A DNA stretch of 64,000 nucleotides from Candidatus Bathyarchaeota archaeon. Its GTDB lineage: Archaea > Thermoproteota > Bathyarchaeia > TCS64. Numbering within the stretch: the stretch's first letter is position 1; each line of letters opens with the position of its first letter. Position numbers and translations under genes: made by a program. Positions 45,062 through 55,420 of this stretch are shown piece after piece. The notes beneath the pieces were generated by a model. The model had not been told where the DNA came from. It was given only the letters and a program-made list of their open reading frames with translations, and made no database searches. The stretch is taken from assembly GCA_963769425.1 (NCBI GenBank), contig CAVYLP010000004.1:352494-416493 (forward strand). The letters are read 5' to 3'.

Positions 45062-45457
45062 TCACCATGAGTCAACACGGAGCCCTTCGACCCTTTCAAA
45101 GTGCTTCCGGTTAGATGTGACGATTCCCTCGCCGTGGGTTAAGGCAAGGCTTGCGATCATGGCGTCGAGGTCCCCGATTGGGGCTCCTCGTAGTCCCTCG
45201 CTCGCCATCAGTCTACCGTAGCGTTCGGAGGCTTCGACCGTGAAGCTTAACATCTCGAGGAAGCTTAGGGTCGTCTTCACCTTGTGAAGCTCCTTCTCCC
45301 TCTTTGTTGACCTGTAGGCTCCTTTGAACAATTCGCATGCAGTGATGGGGGTCGTAGTCAGCCTCGTCTCTGAGGCGGTGTATTCCTCGAGCTTGGCGAG
45401 CGCTCTCTCATCTCGCCTTATCAAGGCGATGATGAAGCTCGTGTCCAGACACACCAT
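45062..45457 (-). CDS. vapC: PIN-domain toxin VapC
   Basis: 131 aa with the pattern MVCLDTSFIIALIR...ACELFKG...GDLDAMIASLAL...IVTSNRKHF. Confidence 0.9.
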   Translation of the reverse strand: MVCLDTSFIIALIRRDERALAKLEEYTASETRLTTTPITACELFKGAYRSTKREKELHKVKTTLSFLEMLSFTVEASERYGRLMASEGLRGAPIGDLDAMIASLALTHGEGIVTSNRKHFERVEGLRVDSW

Positions 45458-45466
45458 AAGCAGCGC

Positions 45467-45697
45467 CTAGTCTTCGAGAGGCCTCGATGATATGTTGCTG
45501 CGATCCTTGAGCACTGTCTCTAGGGTCGCTGTGAACTCCTCGTCTGGTTCCAGAGTTTTTATGTAGTCCAGCAGGGTTCCTTTTTCGGTTCGCTTGGTTA
45601 GCCTGAGTATGGTCTCTGTGAATGACTCGCGTTCCTTCTTCATCTTGGATAGTGCGTTATAGGCCTCATCGGATACGGTGAGTGTTCTATGACCCAT
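45467..45697 (-). CDS. vapB: VapB-type antitoxin (short archaeal family)
   Basis: MGHRTLTVSDEAYNALSKMKKERESFTETILRLTK is the same family as ORF 63530..63772. The start is taken at ATG 45697. It ends 9 nt upstream of the vapC start. Confidence 0.7.
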   Translation of the reverse strand: MGHRTLTVSDEAYNALSKMKKERESFTETILRLTKRTEKGTLLDYIKTLEPDEEFTATLETVLKDRSNISSRPLED

Positions 45698-45851
45698 ATT
45701 TGAGAATACACATACGTGTGTTATTAATATTTTGCCAGCTCCACGATCCAATCAGACGAGGGGGTTTAACTGAGTTATATCGTAATCTTAGAGAGTATCC
45801 TAGACTACAAGCCGAATGCGAGGCACTCAACATCCTTGAGGTGAATGAGTT

Positions 45852-46286
45852 ATGTGGGGAGTCAATCTCAAGGATCCTAGTCAACAATCTATCAAAAATC
45901 CCCATGAAGAGGGCGCGAATAGAGACATCAGTATAGAAGATATGTACGAGCAACAAGCTGTCATGATCAACCCTACTGCAATAGACACGGAACGGGCAAC
46001 GCTCTATGAGAAAGCCGCCTCCATCAAGCCGAAGAGGCTGTTTGAGGGTCCCTTAAACTCCGATTACGACAGACAACGATACGTCTGGGACGAAATAGGG
46101 GAGAGACTCGGGGCTGACAGGGCCGATTGGTATGATAAAAATGAGGGCCTCTCAGAGGAGAGCAAAGAGTCGAAGGTGTTCGAGATCTGTAATCTCATGA
46201 ATGGTGAGAGAACCTTGCTGGATATCAGAAACATTGTGTCACTTGAGTATGATGAGACTGACATCGACTTCGTGCTATCTAGTTGA
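45852..46286 (+). CDS. Hypothetical protein, possibly a gene fragment
   Basis: 144-aa ORF. The C-terminal ICNLMNGERTLLDIRNIVSLEYDETDIDFV looks like a wHTH tail. A plausible continuation (VEDLFDIGLVSK) lies in another frame after the stop. Confidence 0.3.
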   Translation: MWGVNLKDPSQQSIKNPHEEGANRDISIEDMYEQQAVMINPTAIDTERATLYEKAASIKPKRLFEGPLNSDYDRQRYVWDEIGERLGADRADWYDKNEGLSEESKESKVFEICNLMNGERTLLDIRNIVSLEYDETDIDFVLSS

Positions 46287-46377
46287 GGACCTCTTCGACA
46301 TCGGGTTAGTCTCCAAAAATAGATTGAAACTTCACTACTTAAGATCTCTTCACAGAATTTTTACGGATTAATGTGGG

Positions 46378-47673
46378 ATGTATGGAAACCTATGTATAAT
46401 AGTTTTTATCTTCACAAATATGATAAAGATGGTTTCAAAATTGATTTTTATCAAGAGTAAAGTGATAGTCGACTCAAATGGAGTCAGGGAAGGGCAAAAT
46501 GTTTTGATCGATGGGGACACCATCAAGGAGGTCGGCGAGGGGTTGACTCCACCGAGTGGAGCACAGGTCATCGACGCCTCTGCCCAGATTCTGATGCCGG
46601 GTATGATCGATTGTCATGTCCACTTCAGCGGATCAGTCACTGGAGGCATACAGAAGTTCACCGAGAGTTTTGAGGTTCGACTCATCAGGTCGGCTACCTT
46701 GGAGGCACGAGCCTTGTTGATGGCCGGCTTCACATCAGTGATGGACGCAGGCGGCTTGGTTGGATTCCATGTGAGAAACGCAATCGAGGAGGGTGTTGTC
46801 CCTGGTCCGAGGGTGATGGCCGCCGGTAGATACATAGGGATAACAGGCGGTCACGGTGATACCCACTATCTTCCCCTTGAGTGGGTTAAGGAGGGTAGGC
46901 CATTCGGCTGGGGGATGGATGGAAGGATCGCGGACGGAGTCGATGAATGTGTTCGAGCGGTTAGGGAGCAGCTCAGGGAGGGGGTTGACTTCATAAAGAT
47001 ACTGACAAGCGGCGGAGGGGGGAGCCTTCGTGACCCACCTTGGGTGCCCGAGTATAGCTATGAGGAGATCAAGGCGATGGTTGACGAGGCCCACAGTTGG
47101 GGGCGGCGGGTGATGGCCCATTGCTATAACCCAGAGGCGATTAAGCGTTCAGTTGAGGGTGGGGTGGACATCATCGCGCATGGAAACATGGCTAACGAGG
47201 ATTCGATTAGATTAATGAGGGGTAGGAATGTGACGGTTGTCCCCACGATGTCGATCTACCAGGCCATTGCTGACAGGATCTCCTTGGGTGGCAGTCATCC
47301 GGGGGGTAATGTGACTGGTGGCTTATACTCCACGTTGTATGAGGATGTGAAGCGGTTATACGATGGGGGTTTGAACTTGGCTCTGGGGACTGACACTATG
47401 GGTGATCCGCTTCCATTCGGTAAGGATGCGAGGGAGCTTCAGCTCTACGTTGAGAAGGTTGGCCTCTCACCGCTCTCGGCGATTAAAATCGGTACCTTGA
47501 ATGGGGCAAAGGTGATGGGTAGAGGCGACTTGGGTTTGATTGAGGCGGGGATGAAGGCGGACATAATCGCGCTTGAAAGAAACCCTATTGAAGATATCCG
47601 CTGCCTACAGGACGAGGATAATGTTAAACTCGTGATTAAGGGTGGGATCGTCTATAAGAATGGTCTTCTTTGA
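46378..47673 (+). CDS. Metal-dependent amidohydrolase-family enzyme
   Basis: 431-aa ORF with PGMIDCHVHF, further His/Asp metal ligands and a GTD motif. The true start is probably an internal ATG near 46420-46429. Confidence 0.85.
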   Translation: MYGNLCIIVFIFTNMIKMVSKLIFIKSKVIVDSNGVREGQNVLIDGDTIKEVGEGLTPPSGAQVIDASAQILMPGMIDCHVHFSGSVTGGIQKFTESFEVRLIRSATLEARALLMAGFTSVMDAGGLVGFHVRNAIEEGVVPGPRVMAAGRYIGITGGHGDTHYLPLEWVKEGRPFGWGMDGRIADGVDECVRAVREQLREGVDFIKILTSGGGGSLRDPPWVPEYSYEEIKAMVDEAHSWGRRVMAHCYNPEAIKRSVEGGVDIIAHGNMANEDSIRLMRGRNVTVVPTMSIYQAIADRISLGGSHPGGNVTGGLYSTLYEDVKRLYDGGLNLALGTDTMGDPLPFGKDARELQLYVEKVGLSPLSAIKIGTLNGAKVMGRGDLGLIEAGMKADIIALERNPIEDIRCLQDEDNVKLVIKGGIVYKNGLL

Positions 47674-47723
47674 GTTGACCGGTTCTAAGTAGCATCGTCG
47701 TCAAGCTAAGATTAGGGCTCAAG

Positions 47724-48110
47724 TTAAGGAAATCCAAAGATAATTATGACTACTCCAAGAATTATTACAAGCATTATTAAAAGTAGAAGAGTCGTTCGAA
47801 AAACTCCCATCGGTTTTTTTTCGGTATTCCCCTCAGATTCAAAGTCCCTGGGATGATTTCCTGCTAATCCCGCTCCTATCCCCTCTGGAGCTGGCATCCA
47901 CTCTGTACCGCAATCTGAACACTTCAGCACTGGCACTAGTATGGTAAGATCAATTATCTTTGTGTTCTTTGAGCCACACTTCGGACACGTGAGAGAACTC
48001 TTCTCTCCAGTTGAATCCATTTCAGACAAACGGACTACTGTATCCTTAAGGGTGATTGAGATAAAAAAAGTGTGTGTCTTTATTGTATACGACCCTTTGA
48101 GGCCTTTCAA
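47724..48110 (-). CDS. Zinc-ribbon protein with C-terminal TM anchor
   Basis: Contains CPKCGSK...CSDCGTEW and a hydrophobic C-terminus. The start may be the internal ATG at about 48020. Confidence 0.45.
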   Translation of the reverse strand: MKGLKGSYTIKTHTFFISITLKDTVVRLSEMDSTGEKSSLTCPKCGSKNTKIIDLTILVPVLKCSDCGTEWMPAPEGIGAGLAGNHPRDFESEGNTEKKPMGVFRTTLLLLIMLVIILGVVIIIFGFP

Positions 48111-48248
48111 AATTCATATTATTCGCGAGAAGGCATTGAATATTCGCCCGTTAAGGGCGTCCGATTAAGTCGCGACAAGTTATCAGAACCCATTTACCCT
48201 ACATTTATTATCTACAAACAATAAAATCAGATCTGGGTGAGTTGACTG

Positions 48249-48611
48249 TTGAGGACCTATGTGAAGATTCAAGCGAGCGTGGAAGAGGTTAAGGAAGCTA
48301 TCAAGAAGCTTGAGAGAATAGCTGTTGAGACACCGAGGATTTGTGTAATGGATACGATCATTGACCAGGAAATGCCGCCTATTACGAGCACGGATGTGAA
48401 TGAGCAGTGGACGCGATCATACTTCAATCTCGAGGCCGCAGATGTAGAACGGTGTTCCACAATTGTTGCTAAGACCGATAAAGATCTGGGTGGATCAGAC
48501 CTCTACTTCGAGTGGCTTTCGACTCCCGACTCTCGTGAGATCGAGGAACTGAGAAAGAAGATATCATCCGCCCTGAGGCCATTAAAATTCACGATAACAA
48601 ATAAAAAATGA
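48249..48611 (+). CDS. Hypothetical protein
   Basis: 120-aa ORF, no family recognised. Confidence 0.4.
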   Translation: MRTYVKIQASVEEVKEAIKKLERIAVETPRICVMDTIIDQEMPPITSTDVNEQWTRSYFNLEAADVERCSTIVAKTDKDLGGSDLYFEWLSTPDSREIEELRKKISSALRPLKFTITNKK

Positions 48612-48867
48612 CCCTTTGTTTTGGGCGGTAAAAGGTTATATCAGCCCTTAAGTAGCCTAATTTGGGCGGATATTTTGGTTACGAGGACGGAGGCATTCCT
48701 ATTCCTGAGTAATGTCGCTGTGTTTATTCTCGTGCCAATCGACATCGCCTTTTTAGCAGGATTTTTCAAATTACCCGGCGATTACCTGTTCCTAGCTAAC
48801 CTGTTTGGAGTAGCCCTAACCCTCGTTGCCTTTAGGATAAAGAGGAGGATCAGGATGGAGAATGAGG

Positions 48868-49197
48868 CTAGGGCGGAGAGACCTGTGGTGAAGGCTGAGT
48901 CTTCTTAGTTTTCTTCTCGTTCTCCGCTTTGTCGAGTCGAGAGATGAGTCCCTCGACGTTTCTCTTCTTCCTGAGTAGGGCCATGTACCTGTCGATGCCG
49001 ATGAAGTCAAAGTATGGACCATACAGTCCCATCCATAGCTCCGCGAATAGGTTTGTTAACGGACCACCGCTTTCGAGAAGCATGAGTGCGAGTGTTCCAA
49101 GCCTGCGTTTGACGAGTCTCTTAACGATCTCGTCTATTAGCCGCTCCTCCTCCTCTGGGGGAAGGTCCTCCCACTGTTTCCACTCGCTGTCACTCAT
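48868..49197 (-). CDS. Hypothetical protein, last gene of the five-gene membrane operon
   Basis: 109 aa with an acidic N-terminus, one hydrophobic segment and a basic tail. Confidence 0.5.
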   Translation of the reverse strand: MSDSEWKQWEDLPPEEEERLIDEIVKRLVKRRLGTLALMLLESGGPLTNLFAELWMGLYGPYFDFIGIDRYMALLRKKRNVEGLISRLDKAENEKKTKKTQPSPQVSPP

Positions 49198-49244
49198 TCA
49201 GCCTCATCCTCATAATAAAGAAGATAAAATATAAAAAAAGGGAG

Positions 49245-49955
49245 TCACTCTTCAGGCGTCAATCTTTCCAGTAGCTTCATCCTATCTAGCAGCATCACTG
49301 CGCCGAATACGATGATCAGGCTACCTAGTAAGTAGGGTATCTTCCAAGGCGGAACCATGTAGTTCTGCATGAAGCCGACGAAGAGGCTTAGTCTGCCCAT
49401 GAAGGTCTGTGCGAAGATGGCTCCAAATGCCGCGTACATCAGGTACTCCCCTATCTTGGAACTCACGCCGAGTGCACCCTTCATCTCCGTTGAGTAGAAG
49501 AAGAAGGTGAGCATGAGGATCGTCGACAGGGCGATTGTCCAGTTGTATAGTAGTCCTTGGGCTGAACCCGTGAGTAGGGGAAGGATTGTCCCCCTGATTT
49601 GGTCTAGGAAGCCTGTGAAGATCGTTGTACGCAGGGCTAACCCGAGCTGGGCCCCTATCGTGATGGCTATGGGTATCCTAGCTATGTAGTTGTACTTTGG
49701 GTGTAATCTGGTGAGTGTTACTAGTCCGAGTATGATGCCGAATACTAGAATCGTGTCACCTGCTTGTACGCCGAGTATTCCGGTGTTGTAGATGAAGAGG
49801 AGGTTCACTACTACTGTGAGCCCCGTCGCGAAGCCTATGTATGACTCCTCTGCTAAGGCGTAGAGTGGGTTGCTCTTGCCGTACAGGGTGGTAAACATGC
49901 AGATTGCTATGAAGGCGCCTACTGCGACTGTCGAAATCTCAAATATGTCTGTCAT
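49245..49955 (-). CDS. Hypothetical polytopic membrane protein (operon gene 4)
   Basis: 236 aa and multi-TM. There is a 4-nt overlap with gene 3. Confidence 0.65.
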   Translation of the reverse strand: MTDIFEISTVAVGAFIAICMFTTLYGKSNPLYALAEESYIGFATGLTVVVNLLFIYNTGILGVQAGDTILVFGIILGLVTLTRLHPKYNYIARIPIAITIGAQLGLALRTTIFTGFLDQIRGTILPLLTGSAQGLLYNWTIALSTILMLTFFFYSTEMKGALGVSSKIGEYLMYAAFGAIFAQTFMGRLSLFVGFMQNYMVPPWKIPYLLGSLIIVFGAVMLLDRMKLLERLTPEE

Positions 49956-50818
49956 TTTTGTCCCTCCTTCTTCTTCATCTCGCTCCTGTATCCGAAGTAG
50001 CCGATGTTTCCGAGGAGTATCGCTATCATCAGCATGTAGTGACCTAAGGTAAACGAGTTCATGGCTGTGAGGCCTGGCCCAGGTGCCGATATTAGGTACT
50101 CGAGCTCAGCTCCGCCTCTCATGCTCTGAAGCACTGCTTTGTATAATCCGGCTTGTAGGTAGGGTAACGAACTTGATATCATGACACCAATTACGTTCAC
50201 GATGATTGGCGTTCCGCTCTGGCCGAAGTGCCTGACTATGGCCTCCGACTGTACTCCGGTTGTGTACTCTGATATGAGTGTCCAATCTTGCCATGTGTTA
50301 ACATTGTCTAAAAATGTGCCCTGTATAGAGTTGCCGTTTCTGTCCTGCCGTATCATGTTATGGAAGTTCTGAGACATTGATGCCACGGCCGCTTCGTTGG
50401 GGAAGACGTAGCCAAGATCGATGTAGTTTACACCGTAGACGTAGTTGTTCTCGGTCATTACACTGCTAAGCTGGTCGTAGAGGAGCTGCGGTATCCCTGT
50501 GGCTTCTGGGTGTGATTCTATGATGCATAGATTCACATGTTTTGATAGCATCACCCTCATGGACGCGATTATTCCGGACTGTAACTCCATGTAGCCGCTG
50601 AACTCGGTGTCGAGGAGGAGCATGACTGTGTCACCGCTCTTGAGATTGTTGAGCTGGTCATCGTATAATTTGGTGTCTGCACTTACCTCAATTGGTAGTA
50701 TGAAGGGCTGCAATAGGGGTGCTAGGACCAGTATGAAGATTAGTAGGTATATTATTCGTCTGTCGTATTCAACTAGGAATCTGTACATGCTTCTGTTCCC
50801 CTCCTTTTGCTGGGTCAT
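49952..50818 (-). CDS. Hypothetical bitopic membrane protein with large extracytoplasmic domain (operon gene 3)
   Basis: 288 aa with N- and C-terminal TM helices. Its start is 1 nt after the stop of gene 2. Confidence 0.65.
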   Translation of the reverse strand: MTQQKEGNRSMYRFLVEYDRRIIYLLIFILVLAPLLQPFILPIEVSADTKLYDDQLNNLKSGDTVMLLLDTEFSGYMELQSGIIASMRVMLSKHVNLCIIESHPEATGIPQLLYDQLSSVMTENNYVYGVNYIDLGYVFPNEAAVASMSQNFHNMIRQDRNGNSIQGTFLDNVNTWQDWTLISEYTTGVQSEAIVRHFGQSGTPIIVNVIGVMISSSLPYLQAGLYKAVLQSMRGGAELEYLISAPGPGLTAMNSFTLGHYMLMIAILLGNIGYFGYRSEMKKKEGQK

Positions 50819-50819
50819 T

Positions 50820-51467
50820 TTAGCTGGATTCCTCCTTTTGTATGCCGATAACGTTCGGCTCCTTACCCATTAGGACCCTCATGCCGAAGACGATTGCACC
50901 AACGGTTACGCTGATTAGGAACATTGTCCCTGCCGCTGTGACTATCGTTGTCCTGAGGTAATCTGCCGTTGGGGTGAGCTGGGGGAAGAATGCCCCGGTT
51001 AGGGGGGCCTGATAGAATAGCACGATGAAGCCGGTTATGAGGAGAAGCAGTGCCCTAAGATTCCTTGCTCTGAAAGCCCTTGCCCCAGTCGATGCCATGT
51101 AGAAGACCAGTATACTGTAGTTTACCGAGCTGAGTGGGGTGATTATTGAGTACATTACCCATGCATAGGGTCCTGTGTTCTCACCCCATAATGCGTAGAA
51201 GATGAGCATCAGGACCAGTGTGACGAGCATATAGGCTTTGAATATCCAGCCTCGACTTCTCCGGTTGATGAACGAGAAACCGCGTCTGAACTGCGAATAC
51301 ACGGCGAGCGCTATGGTGAAGGCGCTTACGACGGCGGTTATTGTGATTAACTCGTTTGAGAACCAGTCAAGTGAGGGTATTGGGATGAAGTAGGGGATGA
51401 AAACGACGAGGAAGGCAAGGATCAGTAATGCGAGCTGAAGTTCTCTACTTTTTAGGAATGCTGACAT
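50820..51467 (-). CDS. Hypothetical polytopic membrane protein (operon gene 2)
   Basis: 215 aa and multi-TM. Confidence 0.65.
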   Translation of the reverse strand: MSAFLKSRELQLALLILAFLVVFIPYFIPIPSLDWFSNELITITAVVSAFTIALAVYSQFRRGFSFINRRSRGWIFKAYMLVTLVLMLIFYALWGENTGPYAWVMYSIITPLSSVNYSILVFYMASTGARAFRARNLRALLLLITGFIVLFYQAPLTGAFFPQLTPTADYLRTTIVTAAGTMFLISVTVGAIVFGMRVLMGKEPNVIGIQKEESS

Positions 51468-51479
51468 TCATTTTACCTC

Positions 51480-52280
51480 CTAGGTGAGCAGGAGGCGAAC
51501 AATGAAGTCGCTTCCTGCCGCGAAAAGTATCAAGCCCACGATCATCAAACCTAGGGCCAAGGCCTTGTAGATGTCTTGGACTCGAATGCTTCCCCTCTGA
51601 GCTGGGTCCTTGGAGAGGTATGCACCCGCTGCGGGTGATTCCTCGCCGATTAGGATATAGTCCGAGGCGCATGCTAGCGCTGCCGTGTTCGAGATGTATG
51701 CCCCTGACGAGATTGTGATTGCCCCGATTGCGTTTGAGGTCTCGGCGATGTTCATGGCGTCCGACGCGTGGTAGCCAGCCATGATCACGGCCGCGGGTCT
51801 TGCCCTTTGGAGTATGCCCACGTATCCTCCTACGTAGGCGTACTGTTGCCCACTTAGGAATGGGACATCATCCGGGTTGAACTCCTCGGGTTTACCCTGT
51901 ACGACGTAGGCAGTCTTCACGATCTCCTCGGCTACGGGTCTGACGATTAGTGAGGCATCTGATCCTCCGGTTGGCACTATTATCCTCACGCCGGTTTTAA
52001 CACACGTCTCCGCGACGTGTGAGAGGATAGCCAACCCTGCCAGCGTCCAGTAGTCGAAGCCTGACCCCGCGATTCCGAAGGATGTTACTACGGGTTTACC
52101 CATCTCGGCTGCCCTGCCGACGGCCTCCTCGATCGCGTCGAGGCCGGCCACCCTTCGGATGTGTATTGGCGTCTTTGACCTCATGTAATAGATAACTAAT
52201 AGTAAAAGCGCTATGTTTAGAATTAGACCAAGTACTCTTCCTGAACTAACGCCTGGAACCTCGAAAAGTGCTGTTGCCAT
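51480..52280 (-). CDS. Hypothetical membrane-anchored protein (operon gene 1)
   Basis: 266 aa with an N-terminal TM helix, a soluble core (RRVAGLDAIEEAVGRAAEMGKPVV...IIVPTGGSDA...) and a C-terminal TM helix. Confidence 0.65.
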   Translation of the reverse strand: MATALFEVPGVSSGRVLGLILNIALLLLVIYYMRSKTPIHIRRVAGLDAIEEAVGRAAEMGKPVVTSFGIAGSGFDYWTLAGLAILSHVAETCVKTGVRIIVPTGGSDASLIVRPVAEEIVKTAYVVQGKPEEFNPDDVPFLSGQQYAYVGGYVGILQRARPAAVIMAGYHASDAMNIAETSNAIGAITISSGAYISNTAALACASDYILIGEESPAAGAYLSKDPAQRGSIRVQDIYKALALGLMIVGLILFAAGSDFIVRLLLT

Positions 52281-52474
52281 TTTCTTAGTCCGAATTAACT
52301 GTTAGTCTTCATAATCTATATTAAACTTTAGACCATAATAAATGAAAAAATGGTTATTTAATTGTTTTTTTAAGGAAAAATAGTTAATAAAAACTTAATT
52401 TATTTTAACGCCACAGGTCGCATTTCCGATCACTTATTTATTCTTCCAGATAACTGTCTTATGGGTGTGTAGTA

Positions 52475-53224
52475 GTGGAGAACTTTTTGTATAAGCTGAC
52501 TCGACCCGAGATCGAGGAGTACCTCAAGAAAAGTGATGTTGTGCTCTTTCCAGCTGGCTCGACGGAGCAGCATGGAAAACACATCGCGATCGATAATGAC
52601 GCGTTTACGGCCCTGGAGATATCTAGGAGGGTTGCAGAGAAGACTGGTGTCTTGGTTGCGCCTGTGATGCCTTTTGGTTACTCGATCCACCACATGAATT
52701 TCCCCGGTTCAATCACGTTAAAGTTTGACACCTTGGTCGCCGTGTACAAGGAGGTCTGCGAGAGCCTGATTCACCACGGCTTCAAGAAGATAGTCATCAT
52801 GAATGGACATGGCGGAAACATCAGTGCGGTTAACCAGGCTCTTCGAGAAGTCAGAACTGAGGATAGGATCATCGTCTACAACGTTATGGTTTTCCCGATG
52901 GAGAAGGGATTCGGATCAGATTCTTTAACTGTGTGCAAGCAGGAGTCCGGCGGGCACGCTTGCGAGATGGAGACGAGTATCGGTATGGCACTTGGTCAGA
53001 GGATCCTCATCGGGCAAGCTGAGAAGTGGAAGCCCCCGGCGGGGATGACTGAGTTCGATAAGAAATATGGCCACAAGGTCTCTACGGCGAGGGACTTCGA
53101 TGAGATCACTGAGATTGGCTCACTGGGTGACCCAACCATCGCCTCTAAGGAAAAGGGAGAGGCTATGGTGAACGCGGTTGTTAGGGACATCTCGGAGTTC
53201 GTCGAGGATCTGAAGAAGCTCTAA
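52475..53224 (+). CDS. Creatininase-family amidohydrolase
   Basis: 249 aa with the family pattern PAGSTEQHGKHIAIDND...NGHGGN...GGHACEMETS. Confidence 0.85.
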   Translation: MENFLYKLTRPEIEEYLKKSDVVLFPAGSTEQHGKHIAIDNDAFTALEISRRVAEKTGVLVAPVMPFGYSIHHMNFPGSITLKFDTLVAVYKEVCESLIHHGFKKIVIMNGHGGNISAVNQALREVRTEDRIIVYNVMVFPMEKGFGSDSLTVCKQESGGHACEMETSIGMALGQRILIGQAEKWKPPAGMTEFDKKYGHKVSTARDFDEITEIGSLGDPTIASKEKGEAMVNAVVRDISEFVEDLKKL

Positions 53225-53625
53225 ATACTTTGGCTTTTTCTTTCTAGTTAATAAGCGATATTTATAGGCGTTTTTCCTCACTCAATTTCCGGAATATAAG
53301 ATATGCTGACAGTTTTACGGTAATTACGGACCTTATAAATACTTTATTCTGAGCGGTCTCCCTCATGAACTTGTCCAACTAGGGATGCTTTGACTGGAGC
53401 GGGGCATCATTTATGTCGTTCAATTGGGGTGCGAAGTCGTATCTCTCCCGATCCTCCCTTCTCCCTTTCTTTGTGTCGCGGAAGTTGTTGGTATCGGTGT
53501 CTCGCCGAGAATAGGTGTACTCGTCCTTTCAGCAACTTTCGTTGTGAGAATAGTGTAGTTCATTCTGATATTCGGGATGGAGACGAGTACTCCAAGGAGT
53601 AATACTAGGAAATATTCAACTGACA

Positions 53626-53955
53626 TTAAACTAGTTGCGTACCCATTAATTCCGAATGATATGAAATCCGCTTTTGGGTGTTTGTGACTTCGTCGATTAG
53701 GAGGTAGCCTTCTCCGAACCATCTGAGGGCTTCGTCGAGTATGTCCGGGGTGTTCCTGAGGCGTGTGTCTTCGGCGTTGACGTATACGGCTTTCTGGTTT
53801 TTCTCGTTCAGTCTTTGTAGTAGGAGCATGAGGATGCTGGATTTTCCGGAGCGTCTTATTCCCGTAAGGGCGACGATCTTATGTTCTGCGTCTTTTATAA
53901 TGGAGTCGAGGTCGATGTCCCTATTCTTTAGTCTGATTCTCTGGGCATATGTCAT
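53626..53955 (-). pseudogene. 3'-truncated AAA-type ATPase (AAA_14/DUF4143-like)
   Basis: 109 aa with Walker A GIRRSGKSS and Walker B LLIDEV, then it ends. Family members are usually several-fold longer. Confidence 0.55.
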
Positions 53956-54153
53956 TCATCGAAGACATTAGGGGCAGCCATGAATCGTTCTCTAAGAAGA
54001 CGATTGTTAAAGATTATCGTTCCCTCTGAGAACGATTAATCGCGTGTTTCGCCCCGGGACCGCCTCAACGGCATGCTTTGAGAGCTTAGCGTCGTTCAAT
54101 AAAGCCATCTCACTTGAGATGAAGCTTTGACCCGGTTTCGCTTGCCGAGTTAT

Positions 54154-54879
54154 TTAGTCTGATCCGTGACTGTGGGCGAGGGCGGGTACGAGGAAGTCCA
54201 AGACGTCGGGGAAAGCCTTCACGAAGATGGTGAAGTGGTCTGCCTCGGGATAGACGCGCCGTCGTATCCTGAGACCTTTATGACCTCTGGATTCCATGGT
54301 CTCGGTGAGTTCTCGCGCCGCCTCGGATTCGTCGGGGGTGGACCCATCCGATGCTATGAAGAGTGAGCCACGAGTTTGAAGACTCATCCTACTAGCGAGG
54401 AGCTTCATGTATGCTACGTAGGGGGTGAGGGTCGGACTCATCGCGACCCACGCATCGAAGAGGGAGCCGCCTCTTAGCATGGAGGTCAGAGCGTAGAGGC
54501 CTCCTAGAGAGTGCCCAATTAGGGTCTTGTGATGAATGGGTGTTCCCAATCCCTCGACTCTCGGGAGAATCTCCTCTCTCAGGCACCTTGTGAAGGATGG
54601 TTCGGCCCCATCAGCGGTGGGTGTGAAAATCCTCTTCCGGTCCTCGAACTCTACGCCTACTATGAGGAGGGGTGGAGCCTTCAGCGACTTTATGTAATAG
54701 TCTACGGTCGCCGACGTGTAGGCGAAGAAGGCGTCGCCGTCGAGGATGATGAATGCGTCACGGGTTTCGTTGGTATCGTCTGCGTTTGGGGTGTAGAGGC
54801 TTAGATGGATGTCATCTCCGAGGATGGTGGAGTGGAGAGTCGTCCTCTCGATTGTGTAGTCGAGGTCGCAGTTCCTCAC
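54154..54879 (-). CDS. Alpha/beta-hydrolase esterase (enterochelin-esterase-like)
   Basis: 241 aa with the nucleophile elbow GHSLGG and a downstream Asp/His. Confidence 0.8.
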   Translation of the reverse strand: MRNCDLDYTIERTTLHSTILGDDIHLSLYTPNADDTNETRDAFIILDGDAFFAYTSATVDYYIKSLKAPPLLIVGVEFEDRKRIFTPTADGAEPSFTRCLREEILPRVEGLGTPIHHKTLIGHSLGGLYALTSMLRGGSLFDAWVAMSPTLTPYVAYMKLLASRMSLQTRGSLFIASDGSTPDESEAARELTETMESRGHKGLRIRRRVYPEADHFTIFVKAFPDVLDFLVPALAHSHGSD

Positions 54880-55420
54880 ATCGGCTTCGCTCCTCTCCGT
54901 GTGTTCTAGTTATTCGCGCCTTTGCTTATATCTTGGGGAAAAAATGTGGCATTCTATCGAAGTTGCTTATAGAGATGTGCGATGGTTTGTCAATAATTGG
55001 TCGGGGTCTTGTTTCCCCACTGATGGATCGGAGTAGCGGAGAAATGTGTTTGTTCCTCATTTTCTTATAAAACCGTGTCAGAGAGAATGTTACACCATAA
55101 TGTCATAATTTCACTTTTTTTCAGGCGAAAAAAAAATTCGTTTTTAGGGGGATTGGGCCTTGGAATTACGTTTTGTTTTAGTGCCTCTTTTTGGTTAAGG
55201 TGTTATTTTATCAGTCCTCTATTTCTTAGGGTTGAGGTTACCCGCTCATAACTGTTCAATTTTGTTCAATTTTTATTTATTTTTTATTATCTGTTAAGAA
55301 ATTTTCGTATAATCATTCATTTTACTTTTCTTTTACCCACTCTAAATATCAATTAGTCTAATGGAGCGGTTTCGGTGGCGCGCGCGGTCGCTTCCATCTC
55401 CCCCCGTCCTTTAATATAGG

